A stretch of 63,835 nt of DNA, the filler included, from Lama guanicoe (lineage: Eukaryota): NCBI GenBank assembly GCA_013239625.1. It is 101 parts of 101 records of this genome, joined end to end, with 100 filler letters (N's around TTAATTAATTAA, not from the genome) between each part and the next. Parts side by side here need not be neighbours in the genome. Positions count along the whole stretch, not along the records: positions 1 to 513 come from PNXV01027166.1; positions 614 to 1,564 come from PNXV01027167.1; positions 1,665 to 2,209 come from PNXV01027168.1; positions 2,310 to 2,770 come from PNXV01027169.1; positions 2,871 to 3,338 come from PNXV01027172.1; positions 3,439 to 3,791 come from PNXV01027174.1; positions 3,892 to 4,582 come from PNXV01027175.1; positions 4,683 to 5,141 come from PNXV01027176.1; 93 more parts are not named here. One strand, given 5' to 3'. Below, one piece after another: positions 1 through 11,915 of this stretch. Position 1 is the stretch's first letter, and every line of letters starts with the position of its first letter. Position numbers and translations under genes: made by a program. Under the pieces are notes generated by a model. It did no database searches and was not told the DNA's origin. It saw nothing but the letters and a program-made list of their open reading frames with translations.

Positions 1-414
1 CGGGACGAAGCCCATACGCCGGGCTTCGGAGATGGGCGCGGCCCGGGGTAAAAGTTCCTCAGCCGCACCGCCGGGGCGGGGCTGGGGCTCGGGCGCAACC
101 ACTGCAGGCGGAGGCGCGGGGGGGGAGGGGAGGCGCGACCCAGCCACGGTCCTAACGCGAGAGCTGACCTCCATTCTGCGGGTCCGTCCTCCCTCAGGAA
201 GCCTCTGTCTTCCTGCCGGGCCGCCAAAAAGCCTCGTCCTTTCCTTCCTGCCCCACCTCCTGAGCGGCCGTTCCACACAACGCCCCCCGCCTTGAGTGGT
301 GCGGTCCAGCTCGTGGGTCACGCGACGGCGGGGGCGCGGCCTGCTCCGAGCCCAGGTGGCGCTTCTCTCGCGGTTTCACTCGCGTCTCTCGCGGCGGCGT
401 TAGCAGCTGGGAGG
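1..414 (+). promoter_or_regulatory. ASAH1: CpG-island promoter/5'UTR of ASAH1 with GC box (73-82) and CLEAR-like element GTCACGCGAC (317-326)
   Basis: CpG-dense sequence directly upstream of the ASAH1 ATG. GGGGCGGGGC at 73-82; 9/10 match to the CLEAR consensus GTCACGTGAC. Confidence 0.75.
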
Positions 415-492
415 ATGCTAGGCTGCGGTCGTCTCACCTTCGTCTTTCTGAGCGTGGCCGTCACCTGCGCTGTGGCGCAGCACGCGCCGCCG
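415..492 (+). CDS. ASAH1: Acid ceramidase, first coding exon (signal peptide), partial gene
   Basis: ATG at 415 encodes MLGCGRLTFVFLSVAVTCAVAQHAPP, matching the mammalian ASAH1 N-terminus (human ...AAAVSCAVAQHAPP). The 78 nt end at a GT donor (GTGGGT, 493). Confidence 0.92.
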
Positions 493-513
493 GTGGGTGA
501 GCTGGAGCCGCGG

Positions 514-613
514 NNNNNNNNNNNNNNNNNNNNNNNNNNNNNNNNNNNNNNNNNNNNTTAATTAATTAANNNNNNNNNNNNNNNNNNNNNNNNNNNNNNN
601 NNNNNNNNNNNNN
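514..613. other. Artificial contig-joining spacer N44-TTAATTAATTAA-N44 (first of ~100 identical copies; last at 63513-63612)
   Basis: Identical 100-bp block between unrelated fragments. The palindromic 12-mer has TAA in all three frames on both strands. Confidence 0.98.
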
Positions 614-1564
614 AATTAATAACCCTATAATGACCTCTAAGTGGTCAAGTGAAAGGAAGAGTCGCATGTATCACTTTAAATCAAAAGCTAGAAATTATTA
701 GGCTCAGTCAGGAAGGCATGTCAAAAGCCAAGATAGGCTGAAAGCTGGGCCTCTTGGGCCGAACAGTTAGCCAAGTTGTGAAAGCAAAGGAAAATTCCTG
801 AAGGAAATTAACAGTGCTCCTCCAGTGAACCCACGAATGATAAGAAAACGAAACCACCTTTCTGCTGGTATGGAGAAGGTTGGCGTGGTCCGGATAGAAC
901 AGCCGCAACATTTCCTTCAGCCAAATTCTAAACCACAGCGAGGCCCTAACTCTCTTAAATTCTATGAAGGCTGAGAGAGGTGAGGAAGCTGCAGGAGAAA
1001 AATTTGAAGCTAGCAGAGGGTGGTTGACAAAGTTTAAGGAAAGAAGCCGTCTCTGTAACATAAAGTACAAGGTGAGGCAGCAAGTGCTGATGTAAAAACT
1101 GCAGGTTACCCAGAAGATCTAGCTAAGGTAATCCGTGAAGGTGGCTGCACTAAACAACAGATTTTCAATGTAGATGAAATAGCCTTATATTGGAAAAAGC
1201 TGCCATCTAGAACTTTCATAGCTAGAGAGGAGAAGCCAATGCCTGATTCAAAGTGTCAAAGGACATGCTGGCTCCCTTGTTAAGGGCTAATGCAGCTGGC
1301 GACTTTAAGTTGAAATCAATGCTCATTTACCATTCAGAAAAATCCTAGGGCCCTTAAGATGTGTGCGAACTCCACTCTGCCTGTGCTCTGTAAATGGAAC
1401 AACAAAGCCTAGACGACAGCGTTTCTGTTTACAACATGGTGGACTCAACATTTTCAGCCCAATATTGAAACCTACTTCTCAGAAGAAAGGACTCCTTTCA
1501 AGATATTGCTGCTCGTTGACAATGCGCCTGGTCACCCAAGAGCTCTCATGGAGATGGACAATGA
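614..1564 (+). mobile_element. Tigger1 (TcMar-Tigger) DNA transposon, decayed transposase 5' half
   Basis: Starts ATGACCTCTAAGTGGTCAAGTGAAAGGAAGAGTCGC...TTAAATCAAAAGCTAGAA like the Tigger1 ORF. Contains the IFNVDE motif (ATTTTCAATGTAGATGAA) plus stops and frameshifts. Confidence 0.92.
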
Positions 1565-1664
1565 NNNNNNNNNNNNNNNNNNNNNNNNNNNNNNNNNNNN
1601 NNNNNNNNTTAATTAATTAANNNNNNNNNNNNNNNNNNNNNNNNNNNNNNNNNNNNNNNNNNNN

Positions 1665-2209
1665 GAGTCCACTAGTGTCTTCTTTTTGCTGTTTCAGGAT
1701 TCCACATATGAGTTATCACTAATATCATGTGGTATTTTTCTTTCTCATTCTGTCATATTTCACTTAGAATGACAGTCTCCAGGTCCATCCATTTTGTAGC
1801 AAATTTTATTTTGTTCATTTTTAAGGCTGAGTAGTATTCCATTGTATAAATATAGCACAATTTCTATATCCAGTCCTGTGTTGATGGGTATTTAGGTTAC
1901 TTCCATGTCTTTTGTATTGTATATAGTGCTGCTATGAACATTGGGGTGCATGTATATTTTCAAGTGAGAATACCCTCCCTATATACCGAAGAGTGGGATG
2001 GCTGGATCATATGGAAAATGCATTGTTAGCTTTTTGAGGAATCATCATACAGTTTTCCACAATGGCTGCACCAAACTACATTCCCACCAACAATGTAGGA
2101 GGGCTCCCTTTTCTCCACAGCTTCTCCTGCATTTATCCTTTGTGGGCTTTTGAATGATGCTCATTCTAACTGGTGTGAGATGATACCTCATTTAGTTTCC
2201 TATGATAAT
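1665..2209 (-). mobile_element. LINE-1 fragment, ORF2 C-terminus/3' region
   Basis: Typical antisense L1 text (GCTGAGTAGTATTCCATTGT, TTTTCCACAATGGCTGCACC, CATTCCCACCAACAATGTAGGAGGG, GGTGTGAGATGATACCTCAT). Confidence 0.9.
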
Positions 2210-2309
2210 NNNNNNNNNNNNNNNNNNNNNNNNNNNNNNNNNNNNNNNNNNNNTTAATTAATTAANNNNNNNNNNNNNNNNNNNNNNNNNNNNNNNNNNN
2301 NNNNNNNNN

Positions 2310-2770
2310 CTACGCTCGACTGCCCTGATTATTTTCCTAATGTCTCTCTGCCAGGGAAGGTTAGCGGGGTATTCCGGCATTCCCAGTGATAGAGGCTGTC
2401 TCCCCAAGGTCTGGGAAGATATTTCTCGGACTTCCCCCGATCGGGGAACACCTGGGAGTGAAGAGAGCTGCGTGGAGTTTTCTCTCGAGCTCCCCAACGC
2501 TCTGATTGTTGTTCCGGAATCCTGAGCGTGGGGAGGTTCCACCAACGGTCGGCAGCGCGTGGGTTCTAACGGATTGCCTTAGCTCGTCTGCCCTGATGGT
2601 TTTCCTAATGTCTCTTTGCCAGGGAACGCTAGGGGGGTTTACAGGAAATCCCAGAGACATAGGCTGCCACCCTAAGGACAGGGAAGTTATTTCTGGGACT
2701 TCCCCCGAACCGGGAACACCAGTGACTGAAGAGAGCTGCATGGAGTTGTCTCTCGAGGTCCCCCATACAC
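2310..2770 (-). repeat. 267-bp GC-rich satellite (family A)
   Basis: About 1.7 monomers; reverse complement of the unit in 51363-52226. Confidence 0.95.
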
Positions 2771-2870
2771 NNNNNNNNNNNNNNNNNNNNNNNNNNNNNN
2801 NNNNNNNNNNNNNNTTAATTAATTAANNNNNNNNNNNNNNNNNNNNNNNNNNNNNNNNNNNNNNNNNNNN

Positions 2871-3338
2871 CCTCTGTCACTGGGATATCCTGCAAAACCC
2901 CTAGCATTCCCTGGCAAAGTGATATCAGGAAAACCCTCAGGGGAGACGAGCTTAGTCTTTCCGTTAGAACCCACGCGCTGCCGACCGATGATGGAACCTC
3001 CCCACGCTCAGGATTCCGGAACAATTGTCAGTGCGTGGGGGAGCTCGAGAGACAACTCCACGCAGCTCTCTTCAGTCACAGGTGTTCCCTGTTCGGGGAA
3101 GTCCGAGAAATACCTTCCCTGACCTTGGGGAGGCAGCCTCTGTCACTGGGATATCCTGCAAACGCCCCTAGCATTCCCTGGCACAGAGACATTAGGAAAA
3201 CCCTCAGGGGAAACGAGCTTAGGCTGTCCGATTGAACCCACGCGCTGCCGACCGTTTGTGGAACCTCCCCACTTTCAGAATTCCGGAAACATTGTCAGTG
3301 CGTGGTGGAGCTCGGAGACAACTCCACGCAGCTCTCTT
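2871..3338 (+). repeat. 267-bp GC-rich satellite (family A)
   Basis: Tandem GGAACCTCCCCACGCTCAGGATTCCGGAA... monomers. Confidence 0.95.
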
Positions 3339-3438
3339 NNNNNNNNNNNNNNNNNNNNNNNNNNNNNNNNNNNNNNNNNNNNTTAATTAATTAANNNNNN
3401 NNNNNNNNNNNNNNNNNNNNNNNNNNNNNNNNNNNNNN

Positions 3439-3535
3439 AATGGAATATAATCTATAAAAATGTTGAGCCTCTGTGTTGTACACCTGATATGATGTAAAAC
3501 TAATATGATGTAAATCAACTACTCAATTACAAAAT
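3439..3535 (+). mobile_element. LINE-1 extreme 3' end
   Basis: AATGGAATATAATCTATAAAAAT...TGTACACCTGA...TGTAAATCAACTA.CTCAATT resembles artiodactyl L1 3' termini. Confidence 0.65.
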
Positions 3536-3584
3536 ATTTAATCAAAGTTTTCTTTTCATATTATTTGCAATAAGTTAGAAGCCA

Positions 3585-3791
3585 GATCTGTCAATAGAAA
3601 CATAGTGCAAGTCACAATTTTCCAGTAGTTCCATTTAGAAAATAAAAAGTAACAAGTGAAATTAATTCCAGTAATAATTACATTTATCCCAAAATATCCA
3701 ATACACTATCATTTCAAGTGTGATTAACATTTTTAAAACTTTTTAATAATATTTTACATTATTTTTGTTGTACGAAGTCTTGAAAATCTAT
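3585..3791. mobile_element. MER33/MER3-like hAT-Charlie MITE fragment
   Basis: CTGTC.AATAGAAACAT, AAAAGTAACAAGTGAAATTAATT, AATATCCAA..ATCATTTCAA, ACGAAGTCTTGAAAATC. Confidence 0.65.
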
Positions 3792-3891
3792 NNNNNNNNN
3801 NNNNNNNNNNNNNNNNNNNNNNNNNNNNNNNNNNNTTAATTAATTAANNNNNNNNNNNNNNNNNNNNNNNNNNNNNNNNNNNNNNNNNNNN

Positions 3892-4582
3892 TAGTATGTA
3901 GAATCTAGAATGAAAAACACACAATGTAGTATATAGAATATAGAATGAAGAACCCAGAATTTAGAACATGGAATGCTTAACACAGAATTTAGAATATATA
4001 ATACAGTATACTGAACATAGAATTTAGAACATAGAATGCAGAACACAGAAATAAGAATATATAATACTGAATGCAGAAATTACAATGTAGAATCTTGAAT
4101 GAAGAACACAGAATATAGAATATATAAAAGAAAATATAGAACCCAGAATTTAGAAATCGAATGCAGAGAATAGAATTTACAATATAGAATACAAAATACT
4201 GAATACAGAATTTAGAATATGAAAGAGGAACACAGAATATAGAATATAGAAAAGAGAATTTAGAACATGGAATGCAGAACACAGAATTTAGAATATAGAA
4301 TACAGAATACAGAAAATTGAATTTAGAAAATAGAAGGTAGAGCACAGAATATATAATGTAGAATAAGGAATGCAGAATATAGAATACAAATATAGAATGT
4401 AGAACACATAATATAAAATATGTAAAACAGAATATAGAACCCAGAATTTAGAACATGGAATGCAGAACACAGAATTTAGAAAAAGAATAAAGAACGCTGA
4501 ATATAGGATTTAGACTATAAAATGAAGGACACCGGATATAGAATATAGAATAGAGGATATAGAAACCAGAATTTAGAACATG
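3892..4582 (+). repeat. AT-rich AGAATAT-heptamer complex satellite (family C)
   Basis: Degenerate 7-mers AGAATAT/AGAACAC/AGAATTT/GGAATGC in tandem. Confidence 0.95.
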
Positions 4583-4682
4583 NNNNNNNNNNNNNNNNNN
4601 NNNNNNNNNNNNNNNNNNNNNNNNNNTTAATTAATTAANNNNNNNNNNNNNNNNNNNNNNNNNNNNNNNNNNNNNNNNNNNN

Positions 4683-5141
4683 CCCACGCTCAGGATTCCG
4701 GAACCATTGTCAGTGCGTGGAGGAGCTCGAGGGACAACTCCACGCAGCTCTATTCATTCACAGGATTTCCCTGTTCGGGGAAGTCCGGAAAAAACCTTCC
4801 CTGACCTTGGGGATGCAGCGTATGTCACTGGGATATCCTGCAAACCCCCCTGGCATTCCCTGGCACAGAGACATTAGGAAAACCCTCAGGGGAGACGAGC
4901 TTAGGCATTCCGTTAGAACTGACGCGCTGACGACCGTTGGTGGAACCTCCCCACGCTCAGGATTCCGGAACCATTGTCAGTGCGTGGGGGAGCTCGAGAG
5001 ACAACTGCACGCAGCTCTCTTCAGTCACCGGTGTTCCCTGCTCGGGTAAGTCCGGGAAATAACTTCCCTGACCTTGGGGAGGCAGCCTCGGACACTGGGA
5101 TATACTGCAATCACCCCTAGCATTCCCTGGCACAGAGACAT
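4683..5141 (+). repeat. 267-bp satellite (family A)
   Basis: About 1.7 tandem monomers. Confidence 0.95.
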
Positions 5142-5996
5142 NNNNNNNNNNNNNNNNNNNNNNNNNNNNNNNNNNNNNNNNNNNNTTAATTAATTAANNN
5201 NNNNNNNNNNNNNNNNNNNNNNNNNNNNNNNNNNNNNNNNNTGATCACCTGGTTGGAATGCTGGTTTGGAGGGGCTGCTGCTGTCCCAGAAGAAGTGGCT
5301 GGTCACTCGGAGGGCAACCCCAGGCAGTGGGACACCTGCCAGCAGAACCACACACCGGGCCAGCAGAACCATCTGCTCACACCCTCCGGCAGGGACACTG
5401 CCTTATTTGCAAGGCGTTCCTGCATCCACGAGGTGTCTGGCATAGAGGTCACCTACTCTGGCGATGCGTGAGGGCCCCTGCTGGGTAGGCAGCATCCTGT
5501 CCATCTCTCACCCTGTGTTTTTGTCTAGAAATCTGCTGACCTCGTGTAGAACCAGAGCTGGGAAATGGGAGTACCACTGGGATTGCCCCCTAACCCCCCA
5601 CCCTGTCCCTGGAAAGAAGGCTTGTGGCTAAAGTAACATGAACCCCATAAAGCACTTTTAACTCATGTTGAACGCTTCAACACATTCAATAAATGCCACT
5701 GTTGTCATCACTGGTGCACCATCCTCACTCCCGCTCTGGGTGTTGTACCGACTTCTTCCTCTGTTTACCACAATGGGAAGCACGGGAGGCTGCCCGCCCA
5801 CACAGCAATGCCGTCTCAGCATCTCACAGACCTCCCGGCAGTGGATTCTCCTGCTGGCAAAAAACCAAAGGGAAATATGGTCCCAAGTTCTGCTCTNNNN
5901 NNNNNNNNNNNNNNNNNNNNNNNNNNNNNNNNNNNNNNNNTTAATTAATTAANNNNNNNNNNNNNNNNNNNNNNNNNNNNNNNNNNNNNNNNNNNN

Positions 5997-6400
5997 CACC
6001 TAGCTTGTTGGGAACAAAAAGTTTCTTTTCAGTCTCAAACCACGGTACATATATATATATGTGGACTTATGAGCTCCAACTCGTTTTTACAGTGAAAATT
6101 GCAGGAACTTCATACCGGCAGTATGAAACAGACTGAGAAAACAGAGAATATGTTCCTCAGCAACCCGGTCCCTTTGTGCTGGATGAACGAACGTTTATAC
6201 ACATGTTCAGTTCTGAGAGAAAATATGTGTGATAGACGTCCTTCAACTTGCTTGCTGTGAGCACACAGTATCTTTTAACTTGCAAACCCCTCTACATACA
6301 TAGATATGGGAGGTACAATCTCCAACTCGGCTCTACAGGGAAAACTGCAGTAACTTCAAACAGTCACTAGGAAACAGACTGAAAACCAGAGTATGTTTTT
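5997..6400 (-). repeat. 249-bp satellite (family B)
   Basis: Reverse complement of the GGAGAGACGTTCGTTCATCCAGCACAAAGGG... unit. Confidence 0.92.
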
Positions 6401-6879
6401 NNNNNNNNNNNNNNNNNNNNNNNNNNNNNNNNNNNNNNNNNNNNTTAATTAATTAANNNNNNNNNNNNNNNNNNNNNNNNNNNNNNNNNNNNNNNNNNNN
6501 ATAATAACAGACTTTCTAACATTAGCTACAAATATTTTCTAGTCTATCCAAGGCAATGTTAATAAATAAAATTATGTATTTTTAAAATTTTTTATTACTA
6601 TTTTCATCTTTAAATACATATTGACCATAGATTGGAGTGTTTGGCAAATATTTATTTTTATGTTTTATGGTTTTGCATACTTGTATTTTAATCTAATTAC
6701 TCAGGAATTTTAAAATACCTAAAGAGTAATCACTTTTTTCTTCATGAAATAATACTTGAATATTAATAATAATGGTAATTGTAAAATGCTACTGTCAGTT
6801 GAGCTATTAAAACACTCCTTAAGAAGAGGTGAGGTAAAATTCTTAAGTAGCAAGTGGTGGTGTAAGTCCTGGAAAGATG

Positions 6880-7025
6880 ATTTTAAGATAACTCTGTAAG
6901 GTAGGAATTGTCCTCATTCAAGAGACAAGGAAAACTGAGGGTCCTAAAAGGGCAGTGACTTCCTAAAGCCTCACAGGAAATGGCAGACACAGACATCAGA
7001 TAAATCCTGCTTTGTTCTCAAGCCC
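6880..7025 (-). mobile_element. MIR SINE fragment
   Basis: AACTCTGTAAGGTAGG..TTGTCCTCATT..AGACAAGGAAAACTGAGG..AGTGACTTCCTAAAGCCTCACAG resembles the MIR core. Confidence 0.7.
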
Positions 7026-7319
7026 CTTCATCCACTGTCTCCCTTGTCATATGTATGACATCTTACTGCTACCTGTTTTATTCAGTCTTTCGCTTAGGTC
7101 CCAGTATCACCCGGTTCTAACTCTTACTGTTCTACAGTGTCTTTTATTTAGTAGGTCAGTATGCCTGGAACTTTATGCCCCACTTACCACTTTTGGAATT
7201 TTTCTCAGTATATTTACTANNNNNNNNNNNNNNNNNNNNNNNNNNNNNNNNNNNNNNNNNNNNTTAATTAATTAANNNNNNNNNNNNNNNNNNNNNNNNN
7301 NNNNNNNNNNNNNNNNNNN

Positions 7320-7724
7320 ACTGAAAGTGGTACTTCCTGTTTCTTTTACTGTATATTTCAACTCTACTTTTCAGGTATTATCAGATATCTAATGTAGACA
7401 TCCAGGGCTTTGTGAAGTGAAAACTTTAGACTCTTGGCTCTATGCAATTCCATGGGATTTCTATGAGGACAAATTTTCCTTGACATTGATGCCATGTCTT
7501 GTTCCTGTGTGTGTTGTCTGGTATATCTCCAATTTCTGGTGTTGCCTTAGTTGTGATGAACACACCATAATGTTTCGATTAACATGACCTCATTGTGATT
7601 ACGCTTATCTCACAATTCTGAAAGTGCACAGGACACATCCTCTTGCGGAAATGAAGCTTCTAAAGATTCTCAGCCCTGCATTGTGCTCTATGTCCTTTTG
7701 GAGTGTTTCCAAAACAGCCAAATG
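7320..7724 (-). repeat. Amplified decayed L1 5'UTR/ORF1-derived repeat (family D, copy 1 of 5)
   Basis: Shares GTACTTCCTGTTTCTTTTACTGTA...CCATGGGATTTC with 33034, 34859, 55980 and 61191. Confidence 0.85.
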
Positions 7725-7824
7725 NNNNNNNNNNNNNNNNNNNNNNNNNNNNNNNNNNNNNNNNNNNNTTAATTAATTAANNNNNNNNNNNNNNNNNNNN
7801 NNNNNNNNNNNNNNNNNNNNNNNN

Positions 7825-8762
7825 TGTTTAAAGCAAAAGTAGATGCACGCTCCATAGATAGAGTACAGGCTGTATCCAAAGGCCAGGGAGTGAGAGGCCG
7901 TGAGGTGCGGGGTTGTTAGTTTTTATGGGTTGTGTAGCTTCGTATACTAACAAGTGGGAGGATTGTTCCAACTACTTTGGGAAGAAGGCTGAGATTCCCA
8001 GGAACTGGGCCATTGCCCAGTTTTGTATTTTTATGGTCAGCCTCAAAAGTGTCATGGCACCTGGAGAAGTGCCATTTACCGTGTGAACATATTACAGTAG
8101 CATATAATGAAGCGCAATGTCTACTCGAAGTCCAATCTCCCACCATCTTGGGCCTTAAGGCCTATTGGGAGTTGAGTCTCCTGCCATCTTGATGTTAATG
8201 GCTGTGTCATGCCCTTAATGGCTGTGCTCTGCCCCCTTCCCTTTTGAAGCCAAAACCAAAGCATTTGGTTGACTTACAAGTTCCAAGTTAAAGAGTTATG
8301 AACCAATTGAACGATGTGCCCAAGAAGGCAATTAAGTCAAACATCAAGGGGGCCTGTAAAGTGAGTCACACAATGAACAGTCGATGATACAGGTTATATT
8401 TAGATAAAGAAGGGAACATAATTACTGACTTTAAACATCTGAAGGCCATGTGTGGTGGTGAGACAGGAGGAGAGTGGACAAGGCACAACCATTAAAAGAA
8501 AGACACAGCCATTAGCACCAAGATGCTGGAGGACTTGGCTTGAAGTGGACCTTGAGCTTCAATAGATGCTCATTGAAATACAACAGCTGTTAACTGGTCC
8601 TCCTGCAGGTGCCAGGACAGGTTGAAGGCTGGTCATAGAAGGTCAAAGGGTGAGAGATGGGAATCCCATCCCCTTCCCCAAAATAGTCAGAGTAATCCTC
8701 CCACCTGTTCGCCTATGAAGTTCTGAGCCCCTAAAAACTAACAGCCCCCACACCTCATGGCC
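7825..8762. mobile_element. ERV LTR-derived sequence (probably two LTR pieces, junction ~8243)
   Basis: Antisense ERV1-LTR-like text (GGGGTTGTTAGTTTTTATGGG...GGAGGATTGTTCCAACTACTTTGGG...GTGTCATGGCACC), followed by LTR-like sequence ending CCTAAAAACTAACAGCCCC. Confidence 0.55.
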
Positions 8763-9548
8763 NNNNNNNNNNNNNNNNNNNNNNNNNNNNNNNNNNNNNN
8801 NNNNNNTTAATTAATTAANNNNNNNNNNNNNNNNNNNNNNNNNNNNNNNNNNNNNNNNNNNNGAAGAGCAAGCCCCTCCTAGATTCAGAGTTCCTCCAGC
8901 TTCACACTCTGAGAACAACACTGAAATCCTAAAGTTCAAAGAGTCTCGACTGAAATAGATAGGAATTGAATACTTAAATCACACAAAGAAACCATGGCCT
9001 TCCGCTAGATTCAGCAAATATTGGGTTTATGTCTTCTCTGGGGTGAAGGGAGTGTGGTAAGTGAGGGGAATCTTTGACTGAACTTGTATATGTATTAGGC
9101 CTCAGTTTTTCAAGACAGTATAGGTAAATAGTATAAGTCAGATAGTGAACTGAACTGTAAATGTCGCCAATGACATTAAAGACACAGCTTATGTGGACCA
9201 TCTTTCACTTGATTCAAGCACCCGGGGGCACTATATCATGGGGTCGTAGACTTGTTGCGTTAAATTGCTTTACCCAACGTGATCGGATGATTAAGCGTTC
9301 TCATCACTGATAGAAGAACACCTGGTTCTCAATAGAGTAGCATAACTGCAGCTGGGTTCTCCTTGCTATAATGCCTCTAGGTGCTTTTGGATTCAAACGT
9401 AAATGGATATATTTGGTTTCTTTCCTCTTGTATTTTCCTAGAGAGGGANNNNNNNNNNNNNNNNNNNNNNNNNNNNNNNNNNNNNNNNNNNNTTAATTAA
9501 TTAANNNNNNNNNNNNNNNNNNNNNNNNNNNNNNNNNNNNNNNNNNNN

Positions 9549-9747
9549 ACTGAGGTCACTTTCTTTTTCCCTAGAGAACATTCATGATCGAGTAGACTCT
9601 TTGGACTTGTTTTTTGTAGACACTAAGTCCACCATCGCCCCAGACTGCCAGCATTCGAATAAAAGGCAACTGTCCTATCTACCAACATTTGTCACTCCTA
9701 AGTACTAATTTTTGAGCGGCGAGCTGCTGGACCTGACTTTGGTAACA
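9549..9747 (+). mobile_element. ERV1-class LTR 3' end (R/U5)
   Basis: AATAAA at 9658-9663, then TTTTGAGCGGCGAGCTGCTGGACCTGACTTTGGTAACA, a typical LTR terminus ending in CA. Confidence 0.7.
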
Positions 9748-9856
9748 GATTTTGACNNNNNNNNNNNNNNNNNNNNNNNNNNNNNNNNNNNNNNNNNNNN
9801 TTAATTAATTAANNNNNNNNNNNNNNNNNNNNNNNNNNNNNNNNNNNNNNNNNNNN

Positions 9857-10243
9857 AGAAGAAACTGACCACTTGAAGAAACCGATCACTAGAAATGAAA
9901 TTGAAATAGCAATAAAAAGCCTCCCTACAAATAAAAGTCCAGGACCGGATGGCTTCACCGGGGAATCCTACCAAACATACAAAGAAGAACTCATACTAGT
10001 CCTTCTCAAACTCTTCCAGAAGATTGAAAAGGAGGGATACTCCCAAACTCATTCTATGAATTCACCATCACCCTGATACCAAAATCAGGCAAAGACACTA
10101 CAAAAAAAGAGAATTATGGGCCAATATCACTGATGAACATAGATGCCAAAATTGTCGCCAAAATATGAGCAAATAGAATCCAACAAAACATAAGAAAGAT
10201 TATACATCATGACCAAGTGGGGTTCACCCCAGGGACACAAGGG
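9857..10243 (+). mobile_element. LINE-1 ORF2 fragment (Z/RT start)
   Basis: Translates [37 protein letters not shown]; disrupted downstream. Confidence 0.96.
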
Positions 10244-10404
10244 NNNNNNNNNNNNNNNNNNNNNNNNNNNNNNNNNNNNNNNNNNNNTTAATTAATTAAN
10301 NNNNNNNNNNNNNNNNNNNNNNNNNNNNNNNNNNNNNNNNNNNTCCACTGCTGTACCCTAGTCCATGCCATCAATGCCTCTTGACTGAACAGTCACCTGC
10401 CACA

Positions 10405-11215
10405 GGATTATCAATTTTATTGATTTCCCCCCAAAGAACCAGCTTTCAGTTATATTATCCCTATTAATTTTCTCAAGTTCACTGGTTTCTGCTCTTAATC
10501 TCTTGTTTTATCCTGCTTTAAGCTTACTTTGTTTTTCCCCTAGTTTCTTAAAGTAGAAGCTTAGGTTATTGATTTGATACTTTCCTTCTTTTATAATATA
10601 AGCAGTTGTTTAATGCTGTAAATTTTCCTCTATTTCCCATGGACTACTATTTCCCATTGTTACAGCCCACAGATTTTAATATTTTGTATTTTCATTCAGT
10701 TCACAATGTTTTCTGATTTCCCTTAAGATTTTCTGTTTGGTCTATGGATTATTTTTAAGTGTTAATTTCCATGTGTTTGAAGATTTTCCTGTTATCTTTC
10801 TGTTACTGGTTTCTAATCTAATGTAAGTATGATTAGAGAACTTTGCATAATTTCAGTTCTTCTAAATTTGTTAAGGTTTGTTATGACCCAGGATGTGGTA
10901 TTTATTAGTAGATATTCTTTTGTGCACGTGGGTGAAGTTGTGCACAATGTCGATCAGATTCAATTAGTTGATAGTATTGTTCAGTTCTATAATCTTGCCG
11001 ATTTTCTGGCTACAAGTTCTGTTGGATACTGAGGTAGGTGTACACAAATCTTCAACTATAACTGAATTTAGTTATAGATAAAAGTTTAGTTTGCTTTTCA
11101 GTTGTTAGTTTTTGATACAGATATTTTGCAGCTCTATTAGGTGCATACACATTTAGGATTGTTATTTATCTTCTTGGTAAACTGACCTCTGTTTGTCTCT
11201 GATAATTTCTTTTGC
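10405..11215 (-). mobile_element. Old LINE-1 (L1M-type) ORF2 endonuclease region, degenerate
   Basis: Antisense L1 motifs AAAGAACCAGCTTT, TTAGGTTATTGATTTGA, GGTGCATACACATTTAGGATTGTTAT. Confidence 0.8.
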
Positions 11216-11315
11216 NNNNNNNNNNNNNNNNNNNNNNNNNNNNNNNNNNNNNNNNNNNNTTAATTAATTAANNNNNNNNNNNNNNNNNNNNNNNNNNNNN
11301 NNNNNNNNNNNNNNN

Positions 11316-11815
11316 ACCCTGATACCAAAACCAGGCAAAGACACTACAAAAAACGAGAATTATACGCCAATACCACTGATGAACATAGACACCAAAATCC
11401 TCACCAAAATTTTAGCAAATAGAATGCACCAAAACATAAAAAATTATACATCATGATCAAGTGAGGTTCATCCCAGGGACACAAGGCTGGTTCAACATAC
11501 GCAAATCAATCAATGTAATACCTCACATCAAAAAGAGAAAGGACAAAAACCACATGATCATCTCAAATGATGCAGAAAAAGCATTTGATAAAATTCAACA
11601 CCCATTTATGATAAAAACTCTCACCAAAGTGAGTATAGAGGGAACATATCTCAACATAATAAAAGCTATATATGACAAACCTACAGCCAGCATAGTTCTC
11701 AATGGTGAAAAACTCAAAAGCTTCCCACTAATATCTGCGACTAGACAAGGATGCCCCCTATCACCTCTCCTATTAAACATAGTCCTGGAAGTCCTAGCCA
11801 CAGCAATCAGGCAAG
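11316..11815 (+). mobile_element. LINE-1 ORF2 reverse-transcriptase fragment
   Basis: [18 protein letters not shown]...[18 protein letters not shown]...[19 protein letters not shown]. Confidence 0.97.
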
Positions 11816-11915
11816 NNNNNNNNNNNNNNNNNNNNNNNNNNNNNNNNNNNNNNNNNNNNTTAATTAATTAANNNNNNNNNNNNNNNNNNNNNNNNNNNNN
11901 NNNNNNNNNNNNNNN

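Noticed and set aside
558..569. Regularly recurring palindrome TTAATTAATTAA as a CRISPR-like or biological repeat
   Set aside because: It is always centred in exactly 44+44 Ns and stops all six frames, so it is an assembly linker. The intervening pieces are 200-950-bp mammalian fragments and there are no cas genes.
9857..11815. Overlapping L1 ORF2 pieces (9857-10243 and 11316-11815) as a tandem duplication or single element
   Set aside because: They lie on separate concatenated contigs and differ in sequence, so they are independent L1 copies.
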